The notes beneath the pieces are model-generated. The model saw only the letters and a list, made by a program, of their open reading frames with translations. It made no database searches and was not told where the DNA came from. From Candidatus Micrarchaeota archaeon (GTDB taxonomy: Archaea > Micrarchaeota > Micrarchaeia > Norongarragalinales > Norongarragalinaceae), in assembly GCA_016207165.1 (NCBI GenBank), contig JACQQD010000009.1, positions 1 to 64,000 of the forward strand: 64,000 bases of DNA, read 5' to 3'. The first letter of the stretch is position 1; each line of letters begins with the position of its first letter. Position numbers and translations under genes: made by a program. Positions 45,262-53,811 of this stretch are shown piece after piece.

Positions 45262-45684
45262 TTAGTGGTGGTTGTGCCGGGCGTGTTTCTTGATGTGGTC
45301 CAGCTCGCGCTCGATTTTGCTGAATTTTTTGTCGAGGTGGCTTTGCAGTGAGTCGAATTTTGGGTTGATTTTCTTGTGGATGCCGACGTTGCTGTAGTCG
45401 CTGGACAGCATGCTTTGCTCCACCATGCTGTTGACCAGGTGCGTGTAGAAGTTGTGGGCGGGCGAGTGCGTCGAAGTTTGAATGACTACGGGTTGCTGTG
45501 GTGCTAGGTCGATGACGGCTTTGCCGTCGCCCGCGTCCAGAATCGACGGTCCCCGGGAAGCGAAGCGCTCGGAGAGCACCAAGCCCACGGCCAGCAAGAG
45601 AAACGTCAAGACGATCCATTCGATGCCCGACAGGATGCCGACCACGGCTCCACCCAACAAACCGGCCAGCCAGTTGCGTTCCAT
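45262..45684 (-). CDS. Small membrane protein (TM hairpin + PVVI motif + coiled coil)
   Basis: Last gene of a tightly packed minus-strand run. Confidence 0.75.
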   Translation of the reverse strand: MERNWLAGLLGGAVVGILSGIEWIVLTFLLLAVGLVLSERFASRGPSILDAGDGKAVIDLAPQQPVVIQTSTHSPAHNFYTHLVNSMVEQSMLSSDYSNVGIHKKINPKFDSLQSHLDKKFSKIERELDHIKKHARHNHH

Positions 45685-46059
45685 TTAGTGTCCCCCGTCT
45701 TTTTTGGGCGGGCGCAAGCCGAAGATCCATTGGACCAAAAAGTTGCCGACGTTGTGCCAAGCGGAACCGAAGTTGAAAAACGAGTACTCGAATTGCCGGT
45801 AGTCATGCCAGTCGTTTTTCAATTTAAACTTGATGAGTTTGGGCACGTCCGGCATCTTGTTTTCCACGATGATGGGGCCTTCAGGGCCATAGGGCTCCGA
45901 AATCTTGAGGTTGGCGGGCCCCGCGTCCTTCTTGGAGAAGCTGGAACTCAACAGCGCCAAGACCATCAAGGCAAAAACCAGTACCGCCAGAAACGTCAAC
46001 CCGCTTTGAAGGAAGAAAAAGCCGAGGGCCGCCAACACCAAGATCAAGACGAGGTTCAT
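45685..46059 (-). CDS. Small membrane protein (TM hairpin + PIIV motif)
   Basis: Paralog of 46063-46422. Confidence 0.78.
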   Translation of the reverse strand: MNLVLILVLAALGFFFLQSGLTFLAVLVFALMVLALLSSSFSKKDAGPANLKISEPYGPEGPIIVENKMPDVPKLIKFKLKNDWHDYRQFEYSFFNFGSAWHNVGNFLVQWIFGLRPPKKDGGH

Positions 46060-46062
46060 GGC

Positions 46063-46422
46063 TTAGTGGTCACCTGCCTGTGTTTTTCCTGTTTTTCCGG
46101 TGATGATGCGGGCTACGATGCGAAAGGGCCAGGCCACCGCTCCACCCAAGTACGTCAAGAAGTCCGAGTAGCCGTCGGAGCCGTCCCAGGTGTGCTTGGC
46201 CGCAAGTTTGATGGTGTCGGGAATGGCGCCGCCGGAACTCGTCACGATGATGGGGCGCTGTTTTTGCGCGGCGGAAAGACCGGCGGCCCCCGATGGCGCG
46301 GTTTTGGACGTGAGGGCGCTGAGGATGCCGACGAGAAACACGACCAACGCGACGAACGGCAGGCCGACTTCCAACAAAACGTAGGCGATGCCGAACAACA
46401 AGGCGACGACGATTAAACTCAT
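46063..46422 (-). CDS. Small membrane protein (TM hairpin + PIIV motif)
   Basis: Paralog of 45685-46059. Confidence 0.78.
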   Translation of the reverse strand: MSLIVVALLFGIAYVLLEVGLPFVALVVFLVGILSALTSKTAPSGAAGLSAAQKQRPIIVTSSGGAIPDTIKLAAKHTWDGSDGYSDFLTYLGGAVAWPFRIVARIITGKTGKTQAGDH

Positions 46423-46458
46423 GGGATAATGGTAAGGGGGTTTGCGGTTAAAAACCGT

Positions 46459-46770
46459 TTAGCCGTACATGCCGCCGCCGGGCATGTAGCCTTGGGGCGC
46501 CGGGTTGTCGCTGTCTTGGCGGGCCAAAAGCAGCATGATCAGAAACAGTCCGCCCAGGACCGCCAGGGTGACGGGGTTGTCCAGGGACGACGAAAACCCG
46601 CCCAAGCTGACGATGGCCACCAGTGCGCCGCCGATGACGGTGGCGATGAGCAGATACTTGCTTTTGGAGGTAAACACCAGGATCACTAAAAGGGCGATGG
46701 CGACGAGGTCCAAGCCGCTTTTGAGCGCCAAAAGCATGAGGATGATGATGAACAGGAACGTGAAATCCAT
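46459..46770 (-). CDS. Small multi-TM protein with P/G/Y/M tail
   Basis: About 4 hydrophobic segments. TATAAAAA lies 29 nt upstream. Confidence 0.78.
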   Translation of the reverse strand: MDFTFLFIIILMLLALKSGLDLVAIALLVILVFTSKSKYLLIATVIGGALVAIVSLGGFSSSLDNPVTLAVLGGLFLIMLLLARQDSDNPAPQGYMPGGGMYG

Positions 46771-46795
46771 GCCAGAACTACGCGGACCGCGTTTT

Positions 46796-46890
46796 TATAG
46801 CAATCCCCGAAAGCAACGCGACAAAATAGTCGGGGATTGCTATCTAGCAAACGGCGCGAAAGTTTCGGGAAACTTTCGCGGTTTGCTATA
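46796..46890. repeat. Double palindromic TAGCAA...TTGCTA element (copy C, 95 nt)
   Basis: Differs from 53703-53797 at only 2 positions, both in the first loop. Confidence 0.92.
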
Positions 46891-46899
46891 ATGGTCCCG

Positions 46900-47217
46900 C
46901 TAGAGGTCGTGGGTGTTGGCTTCATAGGGCTGGCCGAAGCCACCCTTGGACTCCGTGACGCTCAAGGGCTCGGTGAGGCCCCACTCCCAGGGGCGGAAGC
47001 CCCAGAAGAATCCGTAACTAAACAAGCCCAAGAACATGATCCACTTGACGATGGGGTACGGAATGACTAAAACGAACGTGATGACGATGGTTACAAGCAA
47101 CGCGACGACTTTGTTGTTGATGATTTCCGGGTAGAAAAGCCGCGAATACATCATGAAAAAAACGATGAGGGTAGCCACGAAGTCGAAGGCCTCCAAAAGG
47201 GCAAGCGGCGCCGCCAT
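46900..47217 (-). CDS. Small multi-TM protein
   Basis: 3 TMs; similar to 52008-52319. Confidence 0.75.
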   Translation of the reverse strand: MAAPLALLEAFDFVATLIVFFMMYSRLFYPEIINNKVVALLVTIVITFVLVIPYPIVKWIMFLGLFSYGFFWGFRPWEWGLTEPLSVTESKGGFGQPYEANTHDL

Positions 47218-47316
47218 GGATGATTTTAAAGGACAGCAACCTTTAAATATAATGTTACCACCCATTAGTGTAAATAACTTTGTCGGGGCTCTTTTCGGGC
47301 CAAAAAGGATTGTTCC

Positions 47317-47610
47317 ATGGGTCTGGACACCACCACGGAAACCGCGTGGATGCTCATGACGTTCGCCCTGGTGCTGGGCTTTCTGTCAGCGGGGCCCATC
47401 AGCGATTCGCCGTTTGTGTGGGCGCCGGCCATGCTTATCACCGTTCCTTTTAACGCCTACATCGCGTTTGCCGACGGGTTTCCGCTCTTGGCGCCCCTGT
47501 TCTTTCTGGCCTTCATCTATTACTTCTTGAAGATCCTGGATCCAGCCGTGGGACAAGGCCTAGTCATGTTCATCGTGTTTGCCGTTCTGGCCGTATTGAC
47601 GGGCCTATAG
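47317..47610 (+). CDS. Small multi-TM protein
   Basis: 97 aa, almost entirely hydrophobic. Confidence 0.72.
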   Translation: MGLDTTTETAWMLMTFALVLGFLSAGPISDSPFVWAPAMLITVPFNAYIAFADGFPLLAPLFFLAFIYYFLKILDPAVGQGLVMFIVFAVLAVLTGL

Positions 47611-47650
47611 CGGCAATAGGTTTTTCTTTTCCCTCCTTCTTTTGTTTTCC

Positions 47651-48265
47651 ATGAAGCCCAGTCCCCTTCACGCGCTTTGGGCCCTGTCCGCCCGCGCCAT
47701 GGCCTCTTCCGTCGAGCTTTCCGCCACCTTGGGCGTCTCCCAACAGACGGCATCTCGGTGGCTGTCCGAACTGGTTGACGAAGGATTCATTGAACGCGCC
47801 GCCGGCGCCTACCGCGTGACAAACGCCGGAAGGAAATACCTCCAGCAGTTGTCCCCGCAGGCGCCCAAGCAGATCACGGGCCGCGTCTTCACGGGTCTGG
47901 GAGAAGGCCGCTACTACCTGTCCCAAAAAGGCTACCAAGACCAGTTCGAGGCTTTGCTGGGTTTCAAGCCGTACCCGGGCACCTTGAACCTGCGCCTGGA
48001 TGACGCGGAAAACCGGCAGGCCAACGTGGCTCTGCGCGCCCAACCGGGCCGGTACCTGCGTGGCTTTTCCGTCAAGGAGCGGACCTTTGGCGGGGCCCGC
48101 TGCTATGCCTGCCGCATCAGTGGCCGCCACCTTGGCGCCGTGATCGTTCCGGAGCGCACGCACTACCCTGAGGACGTGGTCGAGCTTTTGTCGCCTTTCT
48201 TCCTTCGCAAAAAGCTGGGCCTCAAAGACGGCGACGCCATCCGCGTTGTACTCAAAAACGAGTAA
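47651..48265 (+). CDS. ribK: CTP-dependent riboflavin kinase with N-terminal HTH (RbkR-type)
   Basis: LGVSQQTASRWL HTH, GLGEGRYY, PYPGTLN, PERTHY, LRKKLGLKDGD. Confidence 0.95.
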   Translation: MKPSPLHALWALSARAMASSVELSATLGVSQQTASRWLSELVDEGFIERAAGAYRVTNAGRKYLQQLSPQAPKQITGRVFTGLGEGRYYLSQKGYQDQFEALLGFKPYPGTLNLRLDDAENRQANVALRAQPGRYLRGFSVKERTFGGARCYACRISGRHLGAVIVPERTHYPEDVVELLSPFFLRKKLGLKDGDAIRVVLKNE

Positions 48266-48325
48266 CTACCTTTTTTTGGGTAACGCTTTTATTGGACCGC
48301 GGCCTAAATGCGTCGGGGACTTTTT

Positions 48326-48787
48326 GTGGCCAAACCAAGAATTGCCGTAGTCGACACCACGTTTTCCAGGGTGGACATGGGCGCCTTGGCGCTTTTGGCG
48401 TTGAAGGAGTTTGACGTGGACACCGTTCGCGTGACGGTTCCAGGAATCAAGGACTTGGCCGTCGAGTGCAAGCGCCAACTGGATGCGGGAGCCGACGTTG
48501 CTTTGGCTTTGGGCATGGTGGGCGGCGCGGACATTGACCGCCAATGCGCGCACGAGGCGTCCCTGGGAATCCAGTTTGCCAAGCTGTTGACCAACAAGCA
48601 CATCGTCGAGGTGTTCGTGCACGAAAAAGAGGCCCGAAACGAATCCGATTTGAAGTCTTTGTTTGTCGACCGCACCCAAAAACATGCCGAGAATGCGGCG
48701 CGCCTGGTCTTGCAGCCCGATTGGTTCACCCGACGCGCGGGAAAAGGACTGCGTCAGGGCCGCGACGACGTGGGGTCCATTTCATGA
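48326..48787 (+). CDS. ribC: Archaeal-type riboflavin synthase
   Basis: VDTTFSRVDMG, TVPGIKDL, IVEVFVHEKEA, AGKGLRQG. Confidence 0.94.
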   Translation: MAKPRIAVVDTTFSRVDMGALALLALKEFDVDTVRVTVPGIKDLAVECKRQLDAGADVALALGMVGGADIDRQCAHEASLGIQFAKLLTNKHIVEVFVHEKEARNESDLKSLFVDRTQKHAENAARLVLQPDWFTRRAGKGLRQGRDDVGSIS

Positions 48788-49248
48788 ACGAGTTTGAGCG
48801 CGTGGGTTTGGCCGTCAAGCAGAATGCCCAAAAGCCGGTTCGCGTGGCCATTGTCCGCTCGCTTTTCCGGGATGACTTGACGCAGGCCATGGAGGCCTTG
48901 GTGCGAACGCGTGCGCCGGAATTGAACGCGGAAATCACGGAAACTTTTTTGGCCCGGGGAGTCCTGGAAACGCCTTTTCTGGCTCGCCACGCCTTTCAGG
49001 ACGAAGCGGTGGACGCGGTGGTGGTCCTGGGCGTAGTCATTCGGGGGGAAACGGACCATGACCGCGTGGTGGTGGAACACGCCACCCGCGCCTTGGTGGA
49101 GTTGAGCTTGAAATCGGGAAAGCCGGTGGGCGTGGGAATCATCGGGCCCGGCGTAAGTCTGGGGGGCGCGGAAAAAAGAGTGACGGAGTATGCAACCGGC
49201 GCATTGGATGCCGTGGTGTGCTCCTGGAATTCGGTGCATGGACGATGA
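48784..49248 (+). CDS. ribH: 6,7-dimethyl-8-ribityllumazine synthase
   Basis: VAIVRS.F, GVLETP, LGVVIRGETDHD, KPVGVGIIGPG. Confidence 0.94.
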   Translation: MNEFERVGLAVKQNAQKPVRVAIVRSLFRDDLTQAMEALVRTRAPELNAEITETFLARGVLETPFLARHAFQDEAVDAVVVLGVVIRGETDHDRVVVEHATRALVELSLKSGKPVGVGIIGPGVSLGGAEKRVTEYATGALDAVVCSWNSVHGR

Positions 49249-50453
49249 ACGAAGGGATGGCCAACGCGTTGCAGGATTTGCGGGAAGGCAACATGGTGGT
49301 GTTGGTGGACGCCCACCGGGAAGCCGAGGGAGACGTGATGATGGCCGCGCAGAAGGCTAGGCCCGAGGACTTGGCGTTCATGCTGCGGCACGCACGCGGA
49401 TTCATTTGCATGACCTTGCGCGAGTCGCGGAGAAAAGAGTTGCGCATTTCCCGGATGGTGCCGCACAACACGGACCGCTTCCAGACGCCGTTTCTGGTTT
49501 CCGTTGGCGCGAAAACAGGTGGATCCGGCACGTCGGTGCACGACCGCCTCCAAGCGGCCAAACACGTCATGGATCCGGCGACCCATCAGGACGACTTGAC
49601 GGTTCCAGGCCACTTGCACCTTCTTTCCGCGAAGGATGACGGCGTTTTGTCGCGTTTAGGGCATACCGAGGCGGCCACGGACTTGGTGGCATTGGCGGGT
49701 TTGTCGCCGTACGCGTTTGTGTGCGAAATCATGAACGACGACGGCTCCATGGCCGACGCTTCCCAACTGAGGGCTTTTGCTGAAACGCATGGCTTGTCCA
49801 CGGTGACTTTGGAGGACGTGGTGGCATTGCGCAAGACCCATGTCCTTCCTGTTCAAGCCGATGCGCCTTGCTGCGTGGCGCGCGTGTCCGAGGCCAAACT
49901 TCCAACTCCTTTTGGCGACTTCACCATCTACGCGTATCGCGACGATGTGGAGTCAAAGACGCACTTGGCGTTGGTCAAGAAACCGCTTGGAAAACCTGTT
50001 TTCGTGCGGATGCATTCCAAGTGCGTCACCGGCGACGCGCTTTTTTCGGCGCGCTGCGATTGCGGGCCTCAACTGGAAGCCGCGTACCGCGTCATTTCAA
50101 AAAAGGGCGGCGTGATTCTGTATTTGGACCAGGAGGGCCGCGGCATCGGCTTGGAAAACAAGATCAAGGCGTACGCCTTGCAGGATGGGGGTTTGGATAC
50201 AGTGGAGGCCAACCACCAACTGGGCTTGCCGGTGGATGCGCGAGAGTACGCGGCGGCCGCGTGCATGTTGTTGGACCTCGGCATTTCGTCGGTGACGTTG
50301 TTGACGAACAACCCGCTGAAAGTCCGGGGCCTGGAGAAAAACGGGGTGGCGGTGGCCCAACGCGTTGCGCTGGAGACGGCGCCCACGCCCCAGAACCGTT
50401 CGTATCTGTCCACGAAGAAATCCAAGTTGGATCACGCGTTGACCAAGTTATGA
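49245..50453 (+). CDS. ribBA: Bifunctional DHBP synthase / GTP cyclohydrolase II
   Basis: REAEGD, GHTEA, CEIMNDDG; RMHSKCVTGD, RCDCG, QEGRGIGL, LLTNNP. Confidence 0.96.
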   Translation: MNEGMANALQDLREGNMVVLVDAHREAEGDVMMAAQKARPEDLAFMLRHARGFICMTLRESRRKELRISRMVPHNTDRFQTPFLVSVGAKTGGSGTSVHDRLQAAKHVMDPATHQDDLTVPGHLHLLSAKDDGVLSRLGHTEAATDLVALAGLSPYAFVCEIMNDDGSMADASQLRAFAETHGLSTVTLEDVVALRKTHVLPVQADAPCCVARVSEAKLPTPFGDFTIYAYRDDVESKTHLALVKKPLGKPVFVRMHSKCVTGDALFSARCDCGPQLEAAYRVISKKGGVILYLDQEGRGIGLENKIKAYALQDGGLDTVEANHQLGLPVDAREYAAAACMLLDLGISSVTLLTNNPLKVRGLEKNGVAVAQRVALETAPTPQNRSYLSTKKSKLDHALTKL

Positions 50454-51523
50454 ACGACGCGGACTTCATGCGCCACGCGATTTCTTTGGCTCAAAACGTG
50501 TACCGCGCGTCGCCCAATCCGCGGGTGGGCTGCGTCCTTGTAAAAGACGGAAACATCATTGGGAAGGGCTTTCACGCCAAGCATGGGGGTCCGCATGCTG
50601 AGGCGGTGGCTTTGGAAGAAGCCGGGGTCAACGCCGCTGGCTCCACGGCGTTTGTGTCGTTGGAGCCGTGCGCGCACGCCGACAAGAAGACGCCGCCGTG
50701 CGCGCAGGCGTTGGTCCGTGCCGGCGTGTCGCGCGTGGTGGTGGGGGTGTTGGACGCCAACCCCAAAGTCAACGGACGCGGCATCGCGTTTCTCAAGGAA
50801 AACGGCGTGGCCGTGACGGAAGGCGTTTTGGAGGCCGAGGCGCTGGAAGTCAACCGGTTTTTTTTCAAATCCGTTTCCCTTCAGCGTCCGTGGGTGACGT
50901 TGAAGATGGCCTCCACCCTGGATGGAAAAATTTCGTCGTCGTCTCCGTGGCTGTCCAATGCGTCCTCGCGGAGAATCGTGCAGCGCCTGCGGGCGGAGCA
51001 TGATGCGGTGCTGGTGGGCAAGAACACGGTGTTAAGCGATGACCCGATGCTTTCGTGTCGGCTTCCCGATGCACTTCAGCCTTTGAAAGTCGTGGTGGAC
51101 TCCACGCTTCAGTGCCCATTGGATGCCCGCGTGTTTGCATCGGGCAACGCCGTTGTGGCCTGCACGACTCAGGCTCCCCTGGATCGCGTGGAGGCTTTCC
51201 GAGAAAAGGGGGTGGCGGTTTGGGTGCTGCCGAAATGCCCGCAGGGAGTTGACTTGGAGGCGTTGGTGAAGCGGTTGGGCGAGCAAAACGTGTTGAGTGT
51301 CTTTGTGGAAGGCGGGGGAAGGCTGGCATCTGCTTTTTTGGACTTGGATTTGGTGGACGAAGCCTACTTTTTCGTGGCGCCGCTTTTGGCGGGATCCGAT
51401 GCGGTGCCGTTGTATTCTTGTAAAAAGGAGAAGCGATTTGCAGGTGCTTTGGTGGCGGTGGTGGACGACGACGCGTGTTTCCGCGTGCGTCTACCCGCTG
51501 TAAAACCAGGCCATGACCAATAG
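50450..51523 (+). CDS. ribD: Bifunctional pyrimidine deaminase/reductase
   Basis: SPNPRVG, HAE, LEPC...PPC, TLDGKI, VEGG. Confidence 0.95.
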   Translation: MNDADFMRHAISLAQNVYRASPNPRVGCVLVKDGNIIGKGFHAKHGGPHAEAVALEEAGVNAAGSTAFVSLEPCAHADKKTPPCAQALVRAGVSRVVVGVLDANPKVNGRGIAFLKENGVAVTEGVLEAEALEVNRFFFKSVSLQRPWVTLKMASTLDGKISSSSPWLSNASSRRIVQRLRAEHDAVLVGKNTVLSDDPMLSCRLPDALQPLKVVVDSTLQCPLDARVFASGNAVVACTTQAPLDRVEAFREKGVAVWVLPKCPQGVDLEALVKRLGEQNVLSVFVEGGGRLASAFLDLDLVDEAYFFVAPLLAGSDAVPLYSCKKEKRFAGALVAVVDDDACFRVRLPAVKPGHDQ

Positions 51524-51592
51524 GAAGGGAAACAGCCGCCAGAAGAAGGCTTCGGGCTTGTCTCCCAGGATGTGGACGGCGTGTTTCAGCAT
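51491..51592 (-). CDS. Small membrane peptide (33 aa, MLKHAVHILGDKPEAFFWRLFPFLLVMAWFYSG)
   Basis: Hand-translated. GGGAG RBS, co-oriented after 51612-52007, overlaps the ribD 3' end. Confidence 0.5.
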   Translation of the reverse strand: MLKHAVHILGDKPEAFFWRLFPFLLVMAWFYSG

Positions 51593-51611
51593 CGGGTTTG
51601 GCGTCTCCCTG

Positions 51612-52007
51612 TCAGCGTCTGTTTTTCTTTGCCTCGGTTTTCCTGGTCTTGGTTTTTTTCTGGTGCATGCCTAAAAGGGCGGCGGCTTGTTGTTCGAAGT
51701 GCTTGGCCAGCCGGCGCACCCCCAACATGAATTCGCCTTCGTACAATCCAGCCAAGGCGATGACGCCGAAGGCCACGCCGATGCCGAACCACTCGAAGAT
51801 GCGGTCTGACAAGATCACGGGTTTTCCGCGCAGCTCGTCGAAAAACGTGACGGGATACCGCCACTGGAGGTACTCGTAGACGAGGAACATGGCGGCGGCG
51901 ACCACCAGGATGACCAGCAACCTCCATTTGAGGTTGAACAGCTGCACGCGCTGGTGGTGCGCGATCTTGTAGAAGGACGCGTACTTTTTCAGGCGTTTAA
52001 GGGGCAT
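51612..52007 (-). CDS. Small 2-TM protein with basic tail
   Basis: Abuts the upstream gene in an apparent operon. Confidence 0.75.
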   Translation of the reverse strand: MPLKRLKKYASFYKIAHHQRVQLFNLKWRLLVILVVAAAMFLVYEYLQWRYPVTFFDELRGKPVILSDRIFEWFGIGVAFGVIALAGLYEGEFMLGVRRLAKHFEQQAAALLGMHQKKTKTRKTEAKKNRR

Positions 52008-52319
52008 TTAGCGGATTCCTCCGGGTTGGGTTTGTTTGGGTTGTGGAGTCAGGGTGTTGAACAGCATGGTGAACGTCGGCAACATGAACAGAAGCCCGCT
52101 GGTTAATAAAATCCACCCGAACACGCCGAGGCTGCCGATGAGGGGGTGCTCGATGACCAAAAAGTAGACGACGATGCCGGACACCACCAGGGTGAGAAGC
52201 GGGGAGAAGGCCAGTTTTTCCCGGACCCAGGAGTACCACCACCATCCCACGAAAAACAGGATCAGCCACTTGCCGATTTCCAGCCAGAATCCGATGTCGT
52301 CCAAGAGTCCCATGTTCAC
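52008..52319 (-). CDS. Small multi-TM protein
   Basis: 3 TMs; similar to 46900-47217. Confidence 0.78.
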   Translation of the reverse strand: MNMGLLDDIGFWLEIGKWLILFFVGWWWYSWVREKLAFSPLLTLVVSGIVVYFLVIEHPLIGSLGVFGWILLTSGLLFMLPTFTMLFNTLTPQPKQTQPGGIR

Positions 52320-52320
52320 G

Positions 52321-52797
52321 TCACGATTGCATCAGTTGCATGCGCTGCATTTGCTGGAGTTGCTGGTTGCCGCCGCCGGACACCTGGTTTTGCGCCATTT
52401 GTTGCTGGAACCACTCCATCTCTTGCTGGCTGGCGTGGCCCCGCTCGATTTGTTCTTGGACGCGCTGCATTTTGGCCTGCATCTTGCGGGGGTCCGTCTC
52501 TTCGGCGGACGCCAGCCGGTCGCCCATCACGTGGTATCCCAGCAACGGAAACAAGCCGAACCACATGACTTGCTGGATTTGCATGCCGAACAAGAACAAG
52601 AACACGAACGCGGCCGTCAAAAGCACCACGGAAACGCCGTGGATGAAGATCAGAAAGCCGGTGACGGTGGCCGTGATGCCGAACAAAAGGGGCAAGTCGC
52701 GAAACGTCATGTACAGCCAGAACAAAATGTAGGTAAACGACAGGATTTGAACGACGAAACCCAGTTCCGCCAAGGTCTCGAAAATGCCCAGGACCAT
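52321..52797 (-). CDS. Membrane protein with Gln/Met-rich C-terminal tail
   Basis: About 4 TMs followed by a QMQ-rich helix. Confidence 0.78.
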   Translation of the reverse strand: MVLGIFETLAELGFVVQILSFTYILFWLYMTFRDLPLLFGITATVTGFLIFIHGVSVVLLTAAFVFLFLFGMQIQQVMWFGLFPLLGYHVMGDRLASAEETDPRKMQAKMQRVQEQIERGHASQQEMEWFQQQMAQNQVSGGGNQQLQQMQRMQLMQS

Positions 52798-52833
52798 GAA
52801 CGGTGTTACGCGTTTCCCACTTAAAAGAGTTGC

Positions 52834-53676
52834 TTACTTCTTTTTCCCCTTGCTTTTCGGCGGCGGCTTTTGGAGGGCTTCCTCGTATTGTGCAAGGGCG
52901 GCCAAGTCTTTTTTGTCCATGGTCTCGTCCCTCTTCATTTTTCCAAGCGCGTCTTTTTTTTCACGGTCCGTGACGGGGCGCATCAACCCCCTGCGGACCA
53001 TTTCGCTGGCGGGGTCCTTGGCGTTGCCCAAGGCCCTGGCTTTGGCGGGGTTGACGTGCCGGAATCCGTCCATGACTTCGTTGAACGCGGATGGATCGAT
53101 GCGGTCCTCTTCTTCCGAGGCCATGCCCAAGCGCCGGATGGCGTTTTGGATGTGCGCGTCAAGCGGGTCCTCTTCGCGTCCCATGGTGCGCAGGTCGTCT
53201 TTGGTGACGAAATTCAGGTTCGCCCTGGCGATACCCTCGCGCTGCTCGGCGTTGGGGTGGACTTGCGTCACCAATACCGGATAGGCGTTGCCGTGTTGCG
53301 CGTGGGCCAAAAAGGCCACGGCCATCTCACGCCCAAGCGCCTTGAATTCCTCCAATGTTTCGCGGTGTCTTTCCGCGTTGGCGTCGCCCTCCTCGGCATC
53401 CGGAATGTGGTAGTCGGACAAAACGATGTGCGCTGGCTGGTTCTTCAGGTGTTCCAAGGCGTCGGCAATGGTTCGTACCCCGTGAAGCTTGACAACCAGG
53501 TTGGCATGCCCGTGTTGCCTGCCCCATTGTTCAATTCTTTTTTTGCGGTTCCGAAACCATTCCCGTATCCGGTCCAATTCGTAGTCCTCGTTTTCCACGT
53601 GCAATACGTGAAGCACTTTAGGCGGTTCTTCCATTTCCCTCATTCGTCGCTGGAGTTCTTCCCGGCCTGGAGCCAT
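52834..53676 (-). CDS. Response-regulator receiver-domain protein with unknown C-terminal region
   Basis: VLHVENED, TIADALEHL, IVLSDYHIP, FVTKD. Confidence 0.72.
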   Translation of the reverse strand: MAPGREELQRRMREMEEPPKVLHVLHVENEDYELDRIREWFRNRKKRIEQWGRQHGHANLVVKLHGVRTIADALEHLKNQPAHIVLSDYHIPDAEEGDANAERHRETLEEFKALGREMAVAFLAHAQHGNAYPVLVTQVHPNAEQREGIARANLNFVTKDDLRTMGREEDPLDAHIQNAIRRLGMASEEEDRIDPSAFNEVMDGFRHVNPAKARALGNAKDPASEMVRRGLMRPVTDREKKDALGKMKRDETMDKKDLAALAQYEEALQKPPPKSKGKKK

Positions 53677-53702
53677 AACGGGTTACTGGATTGTTCGGGT
53701 TT

Positions 53703-53797
53703 TATAGCAATCCCCGAAAGTAACCCGACAAAATAGTCGGGGATTGCTATCTAGCAAACGGCGCGAAAGTTTCGGGAAACTTTCGCGGTTTGCTATA
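53703..53797. repeat. Double palindromic TAGCAA...TTGCTA element (copy D, 95 nt)
   Basis: Near-identical to 46796-46890. Confidence 0.92.
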
Positions 53798-53811
53798 ATG
53801 GGTTTCATGAT

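Noticed and set aside
47611-47650. FMN riboswitch upstream of the rib operon
   Set aside because: The gap is only 40 nt and has no RFN consensus. The HTH-RibK offers a protein-based regulator instead.
49868-50449. N-terminal extensions in the ORF track (RibD from 49868, Alba from 16658, DUF424 from 55550, aIF-1A from 31758)
   Set aside because: They overlap bona fide upstream genes. The true starts are downstream, at RBS or stop/start overlaps.
27417-53797. Palindromic repeats as a CRISPR array or integron attC sites
   Set aside because: They are dispersed rather than regularly spaced, have no spacers or cas genes, lack RYYYAAC/GTTRRRY cores, and there is no integrase.
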